DNA of 20,000 nucleotides from an uncultured virus (IMG/VR IMGVR_UViG_3300035182_002585) (Duplodnaviria; Heunggongvirae; Uroviricota; Caudoviricetes), in the IMG/VR virus record IMGVR_UViG_3300035182_002585. The stretch is one strand, 5' to 3'. The notes under the pieces are model-generated. The model did no database searches. It was not told the origin of the DNA and was given only the letters and a program-made list of their open reading frames with translations. The translations under genes were made by a program, and so were the position numbers. This document shows, in pieces, positions 15,211-20,000 of this stretch (positions are counted from its first letter, which is position 1; each line of letters starts with the position of its first letter).

Positions 15211-15483
15211 ATGGCTGCGAGAGCACCCCTCACGCTGAACGGAAACACGCTGACGATCAGCTTCGACGGTGGGAGGGTGGCCCACCTGACAGTCGGCAAC
15301 CGGGAGGCGACCACGCTCCGCCAAGCATCTGACGAGAGGCTCACCGCGAGAGGTAGAGCCGTGGTCGGAGAATCAATCACAGAGGCGGAGCTGGACGAGC
15401 TACTGACCGTGGAAACGAAGCCCGTCGAGGCCCCGAGCCTGTGGGAACGTCTCGCGAACGCTACGAAGGACGGAAGTAGCTGA
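15211..15483 (+). CDS. Hypothetical protein (90 aa)
   Basis: ATG 15211 (MAARAP) is 9 nt after CGGTGTA; this is the 3' part of track ORF 14479..15483. Confidence 0.65.
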   Translation: MAARAPLTLNGNTLTISFDGGRVAHLTVGNREATTLRQASDERLTARGRAVVGESITEAELDELLTVETKPVEAPSLWERLANATKDGSS

Positions 15484-15904
15484 GCTTGTAAGGGTAGAGG
15501 GCGACTCGACGGTCGAGCGGCTGGAGGAACAAGCGCACCTGCCCGGGGAGGGGCCCGGGCTCGATTGCGTGCAGGTTCCACTCCCGATGGGACGCGTCTC
15601 GAAGCTGGAGCCCGAGGGGAAGAGTGTCTAGCGCCATCAGTGCCGTGACCACGTGCTGCCCGTCCCGGATCTCCATGCGCACGGGTGAGATCTCGATGCC
15701 CACCGGCGTGTAGATCTTGAATGTATCCCCGTTGGACAGGAGGGACGCCTCCCCTCGGAGGGTCACCGTGAAGGCCACCTTCCGAACGACTCCTGCTGTG
15801 GCGCTGGCGCTGGCCTCAAGGTGGGCTTCTACGGACACGGGGTTGGGTGCGGACCCCGTTTCGAAGCCGCCTGACCCGAAGCCGCCTGACCCGAAGCCGC
15901 TCAT
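15461..15904 (-). CDS. Hypothetical protein (147 aa) with N-terminal GFGSG repeats
   Basis: ATG 15904 overlaps the upstream TGA (ATGA); begins MSGFGSGGFGSGGFE. Confidence 0.65.
   Translation of the reverse strand: MSGFGSGGFGSGGFETGSAPNPVSVEAHLEASASATAGVVRKVAFTVTLRGEASLLSNGDTFKIYTPVGIEISPVRMEIRDGQHVVTALMALDTLPLGLQLRDASHREWNLHAIEPGPLPGQVRLFLQPLDRRVALYPYKLSYFRPS
15862..15900. repeat. 15-bp tandem repeat CGAAGCCGCCTGACC x2.6
   Basis: Units at 15862-15876, 15877-15891 and a partial unit at 15892-15900; in frame (GSGGF). Confidence 0.9.
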
Positions 15905-16137
15905 AGCTTTCGCCCCTCTTCCAAAGCCTTGGTGCACCTAGCGCAACCGCACAGCGCCCACGTCAACACGAAGTACCCCCGTGCGTACGTGCTACAGCCT
16001 GCACACTGGAACCCCAACCGAAGCTCGCGGCCCCCATTCGCAACCGCACGCACGAGTTGCCAGTCGAAGCTACCGCAGGAGCACGGCGCCTCGTGGGCAT
16101 ACATCGGGCGAAGTCCGTCTGGAGGGCCATCGGGCAT
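15901..16137 (-). CDS. Small Cys-rich Zn-ribbon-like protein (78 aa)
   Basis: TGATG overlap with the fibre gene; CSCGS, CAGC, CGCARC. Confidence 0.65.
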   Translation of the reverse strand: MPDGPPDGLRPMYAHEAPCSCGSFDWQLVRAVANGGRELRLGFQCAGCSTYARGYFVLTWALCGCARCTKALEEGRKL

Positions 16138-17642
16138 CACGCAACCCGTTCGAGGTTGAACGAACCGTAGTCACACCCCCACGTGTAGATGCCGTAGATA
16201 CCCGAGTCCATGGCGGCGTTGAGGAAGACGATATCCCCTGCCGTCAGAGAAAGGATACCCACCAGAGAGAAGGGTCCGTGGTTGTTGGCGTCCGTGTTGA
16301 GGGTCCCTGTGCTCAGCGCGTTCAGCTCGTTGATGACGACGCTCACGCGATACGTCGAAGGGTAGTTCGACGCCGAAGTCAGGTGGCCCGTAGCGGTGAC
16401 GCGGTAGGTCCCCGTAGTGACGATCGTGAAGATGCCCGTCGCAGCGTCGACTGTGATCCCACTCGTAGGCGTGGACACGTCGTACGTATCCAGAGCGTGA
16501 GGGCTGGTCGCATAGGCGGGAGTGGCGTTGCTGAACACGAGCGTGCCGTACGTGGGGGTGAGGGGAGGAGTACCCGCAGAGATGCTAGTGACGAGCCCCT
16601 TCGCATCCACCGTGACGTTCGCGTTCGTGTAGGTTCCGGCTGCCACTCCGTTGTTCGTGAGCTTGCTCGACGGGATGGATGCGGCTGCGATCTTGGTCCC
16701 GCTGATGTTCGCGGTGGCTGACACGCTCACATCCGTGATGGCGTTGGCCGCCATCTTCAACGCGGTGACGGAGGCATCCGCCATTTTGAGGGTCGTGACA
16801 GCGTTGTCCGCCATCTTGAGTGTCGTGACAGCGTTGTCCGCCATCTTGAGTGTCGTCATGGCCCCGTCGGCCACTTTGACGGTGGTGATGGACGCGTCTG
16901 CGAGTTGCGTGGTCGTGATGGTGCTGGGAGCCATCTTCGTGGCCGTCACCGCCCCATCAGCGATCTGTGTCGCTGTGATGGTGCTGGGAGCCATCTTCGT
17001 GCCCGTTACCGTCCCATCGGCGATCTGTGTCGCTGTGATGGTGCTGGCCGCCATCTTAGTGGCCGTCACCGCCCCATCGGCGAGCTTGGCGGTTGTAATG
17101 GACCCATTCGGAATCGGCGGCACCGTAGGGTCAACGGGGTCCCACACCTTCGTGGTACCGTTGAAGGCGAGGGTCTGACCATTCGTCGGCAGACCGTCCA
17201 CCGGGAGCCGCGATGCACGACGCAGGATGACCTCGACGCCCTTCCACCCCTTGGTAGTGTCGGGCCGCCCCGTCGGCCGGTAGGTCCCGTACCGTACGCC
17301 CCCGTCCAAGGGTGATGTCGTGTCCCCCGACGAGTCGTACCCAGGAAGGATGTCTCCCGAGTCCTCCGGGACGATGAAGTCGAGAGCCGCGAGCAGGGCG
17401 TTGTCGGACACCCGGCGCAGTTGTACGGGGTAGCACCCCGACATGTCCGGCGTGAACGTCGCCGTCGCACCGGGAGCCCCCAGGTTCCCGGTGGTCACAG
17501 CAGAACCACTCGGCGCATCCGTGAGGATGTACTGACCCGTGGTGCTACCGTCGTTCGAGACGGTCACCACCGAGCCGATCACCCCGATCCTCGACTCGCC
17601 CGCGGGCGCTGCGACGGCGTTTTGCGTGAGAATGAGCTTCAT
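16137..17642 (-). CDS. Fibre/spike-like virion protein: Ig/PKD-like N-domain, decapeptide-repeat shaft, C1q/BclA-C-like tip
   Basis: TDAPSGSAV..ATFTPDMSGCYPVQL; 12 decapeptide repeats; AAGTYTNANVTVDAKGLVTS; TGIFTIVTTGTYRVTA..ILSLTAGDIVFL..SFNLERVA. Confidence 0.8.
   Translation of the reverse strand: MKLILTQNAVAAPAGESRIGVIGSVVTVSNDGSTTGQYILTDAPSGSAVTTGNLGAPGATATFTPDMSGCYPVQLRRVSDNALLAALDFIVPEDSGDILPGYDSSGDTTSPLDGGVRYGTYRPTGRPDTTKGWKGVEVILRRASRLPVDGLPTNGQTLAFNGTTKVWDPVDPTVPPIPNGSITTAKLADGAVTATKMAASTITATQIADGTVTGTKMAPSTITATQIADGAVTATKMAPSTITTTQLADASITTVKVADGAMTTLKMADNAVTTLKMADNAVTTLKMADASVTALKMAANAITDVSVSATANISGTKIAAASIPSSKLTNNGVAAGTYTNANVTVDAKGLVTSISAGTPPLTPTYGTLVFSNATPAYATSPHALDTYDVSTPTSGITVDAATGIFTIVTTGTYRVTATGHLTSASNYPSTYRVSVVINELNALSTGTLNTDANNHGPFSLVGILSLTAGDIVFLNAAMDSGIYGIYTWGCDYGSFNLERVA
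16740..17099 (-). repeat. 12 x 30-bp coding repeats, consensus (I/V)TxxK(M/L/I)ADxA
   Basis: ITTAKLADGA VTATKMAAST ITATQIADGT ... VTTLKMADNA ... VTALKMAANA; near-identical 30- and 60-bp DNA copies. Confidence 0.92.
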
Positions 17643-17720
17643 GGCTACATGAAGCCAGGTATCGAGAGTTTAGAGCCTGGAGCGTGGGAACCTCTTGTGC
17701 TCCCGCCTACACGGAAGCCT

Positions 17721-18854
17721 ATGGAAGACCTCTTTCGCCGCGTCGCGACCCGCTACAGCATGGCCCTACGGGTGGCAGAGAGGTTCGCCGCGAAGCGGCC
17801 CATGAAGCCCGAGAAGCTCCAAGAGTTGATGGTGAAGCTCCGGAAAGGCGCCGGCACCAGCAACAAGATGGAGGTCCTCGACCAGGTGTTCGGCACCCTC
17901 GGGGGTTGGGTCTGGGAGGACATGCTCTATCTGAGCCCGAAGGCGTACAACGACGAGAACCGGTCCTACTACTCCAACGCACACCCCGGGAACGTCAAGG
18001 CAACGTGGGACGAGGCCAAGGCCCGTGAAGTCGTCCACCTCCCCCACAACGACCAGCTCAGCGCCTCCGACAAGTACAAGTCGTTCTACATGAACGTGGG
18101 GGAGATCGAGCCCAGCAAGCACAACCCGGGGCAGACCGGCTTCTACTACCAGGAGTGGCGTGTTTCCGAGGGTACGCGCGTTCGGGCCCCGAACGGGGCC
18201 TTCTTCGAGACGGACAAGTCCCTCCAGGGGTTCCTCAACGAGTACCCCTCCAATCTGTGGAGCTTCAAGAAGGAACGCTTCACGGACTGGCTCAAGAAGA
18301 GCACCCCGTTCTTTGACCAGATCAACGCGAGGCTCGGTCTGGAGTCCTACGAAGAGGAGCGGGCGAAGGCCCGCACACCGCCTCGAACGCGTGAAAACAC
18401 GGGAACCTGCCCCTGCTGCTGGGGGAACTTCAAGCTGACCCCGCACACGAAGCACGGCAAGGACAAGTCCCTTCCTGGCATGATCCTCCACGGGTACAAG
18501 CGGCCGGGCACCGGCTACATCCACGGCAACTGCTTCGGCCAGGACTGGCCGCCCTTCGAGCTGAGCCCCGAGGGAACCATCGCTTGGGCCAAGGTGGTGG
18601 AAGGCTGGAAGGAACGTGCCGAGGAAGCCCTCAAACGCCTGGAGAGGCGCGAGGATACGGTCCTCGTGTTCGGGATGGGCCGGACCTACGAGAAGGACAA
18701 GATGACACCCCACGAGTGGGGGCGGAAGTACGACGAGCGGATCGCGGATCAGAAGTCGACGATCAAGCAGATGACCCAAGACCTCGAACGCCTGCACCAC
18801 GCAATCTCGACGTGGAAGCAGAAGCCCCTGCCCGAGGCCACGCCCACCGTCTAG
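17721..18854 (+). CDS. Hypothetical phage protein (377 aa) with Cys/His module and coiled-coil C-terminus
   Basis: Probable start ATG 17721; RRVATRY..RVAERF; TGTCPCCW..MILHGYKRPGTGYIHGNCFG..PFELS; very high GC3. Confidence 0.8.
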   Translation: MEDLFRRVATRYSMALRVAERFAAKRPMKPEKLQELMVKLRKGAGTSNKMEVLDQVFGTLGGWVWEDMLYLSPKAYNDENRSYYSNAHPGNVKATWDEAKAREVVHLPHNDQLSASDKYKSFYMNVGEIEPSKHNPGQTGFYYQEWRVSEGTRVRAPNGAFFETDKSLQGFLNEYPSNLWSFKKERFTDWLKKSTPFFDQINARLGLESYEEERAKARTPPRTRENTGTCPCCWGNFKLTPHTKHGKDKSLPGMILHGYKRPGTGYIHGNCFGQDWPPFELSPEGTIAWAKVVEGWKERAEEALKRLERREDTVLVFGMGRTYEKDKMTPHEWGRKYDERIADQKSTIKQMTQDLERLHHAISTWKQKPLPEATPTV

Positions 18855-19171
18855 TCGATGCTGTACGGGGACACGCCGTCCGCGATGCCCGCAAGCACCT
18901 GTGCGTGGCACAGGAGGCGCCCCTGGAAGCCCTCCTTGGGCCGGCACCAGCAGCCTAGGACCTTCCCCGTCAGCTCCGCCTGCACGAGCGCTACGAGGCC
19001 CGGCTGCGCGAGGAGCCACGTCTCGTAGCGAGCGATGGCCTCGGCACGAGACGCGACCCGAAACTTGGCCGCTGTCCCGGCCTTATGGCTGTAGGGGTTC
19101 CCGTAGATCGACGGTCGGCCGACGTACACGTCGTGAGGCTCAGATTTGTGGACTACGCGGGTCCCCGCCAT
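18851..19171 (-). CDS. DUF4326 family protein
   Basis: VVH..HDVYVGRPSIYGNPY..SRAEAIARYETWL..ELTGKVLGCWC.P..CHAQVL. Confidence 0.88.
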   Translation of the reverse strand: MAGTRVVHKSEPHDVYVGRPSIYGNPYSHKAGTAAKFRVASRAEAIARYETWLLAQPGLVALVQAELTGKVLGCWCRPKEGFQGRLLCHAQVLAGIADGVSPYSID

Positions 19172-19175
19172 TAGG

Positions 19176-19433
19176 TCATGCTTCGTACGGGGTCGAGAGA
19201 TGGATCCCGTGGTTGCAGAAGATGCCGATCTTCTCGAACATCTCTTCGTTGGGGAGGTCCCCGTCGACCTGGATCTCGTAGCTGATCCGCATCCCCTCGC
19301 CGTCCTCTGCGACGTTGATCTCCACGTCGAGACGGGCGGGGTCGATCTCCAGGAACTCCGCCAGCCCCGTGCGAAACAGGTCGGCCTCCTCAGCGCGTTC
19401 CTCGTCGCTCATACCCAGGTAGACGAAGCCCAT
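19176..19433 (-). CDS. Acidic hypothetical protein (85 aa)
   Basis: D/E-rich, GC3-biased frame; stop is 4 nt before the DUF4326 ATG. Confidence 0.7.
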   Translation of the reverse strand: MGFVYLGMSDEERAEEADLFRTGLAEFLEIDPARLDVEINVAEDGEGMRISYEIQVDGDLPNEEMFEKIGIFCNHGIHLSTPYEA

Positions 19434-19441
19434 ACCTCCGT

Positions 19442-19660
19442 CTATCGCATAAGTGCGAATTCAGTGACCTTTTCGACCAACTTCTCCGTGGGTTCGAGCC
19501 CGTTTAGTAGGAGAACCCGGGTGGGCCCGAAGGCGTGCAGAAGACGGTAGGCCACGTGAAGGAACTGCACACGGTAGTGTGTGAGGTCGGCGACCGTGTG
19601 GTACTTCTCGTTGAGGCCCTTGCCGGCCTTGGCGAGGCGCTCCCGAAAGTTCGACCCACC
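19442..19660 (-). pseudogene. Orphan C-terminal fragment resembling a nucleoside-monophosphate (dTMP-type) kinase tail
   Basis: Start-less frame NFRERLAKAGKGLNEKYHTVADLTHYRVQFLHVAYRLLHAFGPTRVLLLNGLEPTEKLVEKVTEFALMR* (TAG at 19442-19444); the family resemblance is weak. Confidence 0.4.
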
Positions 19661-19664
19661 TCGT

Positions 19665-20000
19665 GTCGGGGCGGTCGGACGCGGCCACGATCACGACGGA
19701 ATCGGTGCCGAGGTCCGCTACGGAGATGATCTGCTCTTCGACACCCGCCTCGCGAACGAGGTCGATACCACAGAACCCCGCGTTGAAGATGCCGAGAGTG
19801 ACGAGCTGCGGGATGGCGCGCGCCTTGACGACCCGCGCCGTCACGTTCTTGTGCTCCGACGTGCAGTGGTAGGTGCGATCGTCGCCGACCTTGATCCCCA
19901 ACTTCTGCACGGAAGTGAAAGCCGCCCCGAAGAGGCGACCCTTGGGGAGAGCCAGGACCGAAGGACCGTTCGCGTAGAACGTGGGCGGTCGGATGGGTAG
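19665..20000 (-). pseudogene. ATP phosphoribosyltransferase (HisG)-like domain, open at the window edge and truncated at ~19665
   Basis: VLALPKGRLF..VVKARAIPQLVTLGIFNAGFCGIDLVRE..VADLGTDSVVIVAA matches the HisG N-terminal half; no ATKYP-like segment follows in any frame I read. Confidence 0.7.

Noticed and set aside
16740..17099. CRISPR-like array
   Set aside because: Contiguous in-frame 30-bp coding repeats with no unique spacers.

Overview
GC-rich, gene-dense window that reads like part of a large (jumbo-type) phage genome or phage-derived element. It has many short orphan ORFs, strand switching, a fibre-like virion protein and two free-standing HNH/EndoVII nucleases; I saw no rRNA, tRNA or CRISPR array. 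The centrepiece is a minus-strand cluster (11311->4933): NrtR-type Nudix-wHTH regulator, a kinase-fold protein lacking the catalytic Asp, a vWA/MIDAS protein split by a 252-aa intein, a Zn-ribbon Nudix hydrolase, a small Cys-rich ORF, and an adenylosuccinate-synthetase-like ligase whose aspartate-binding loop is replaced. An EndoVII gene sits inside the cluster on the opposite strand. Other highlights: a (C/T)GGTGTA motif 9-11 nt upstream of many start codons (four back-to-back pairs), a divergent sigma70-like protein, a small protein ending in -GG(Q) with a Cys-containing partner, a solitary restriction-like nuclease, a HisG-like fragment, and many truncated or frameshifted genes (J-domain, NADAR, S24, DUF262, HNH, HisG). 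All family calls come from reading motifs by eye; no searches were run.
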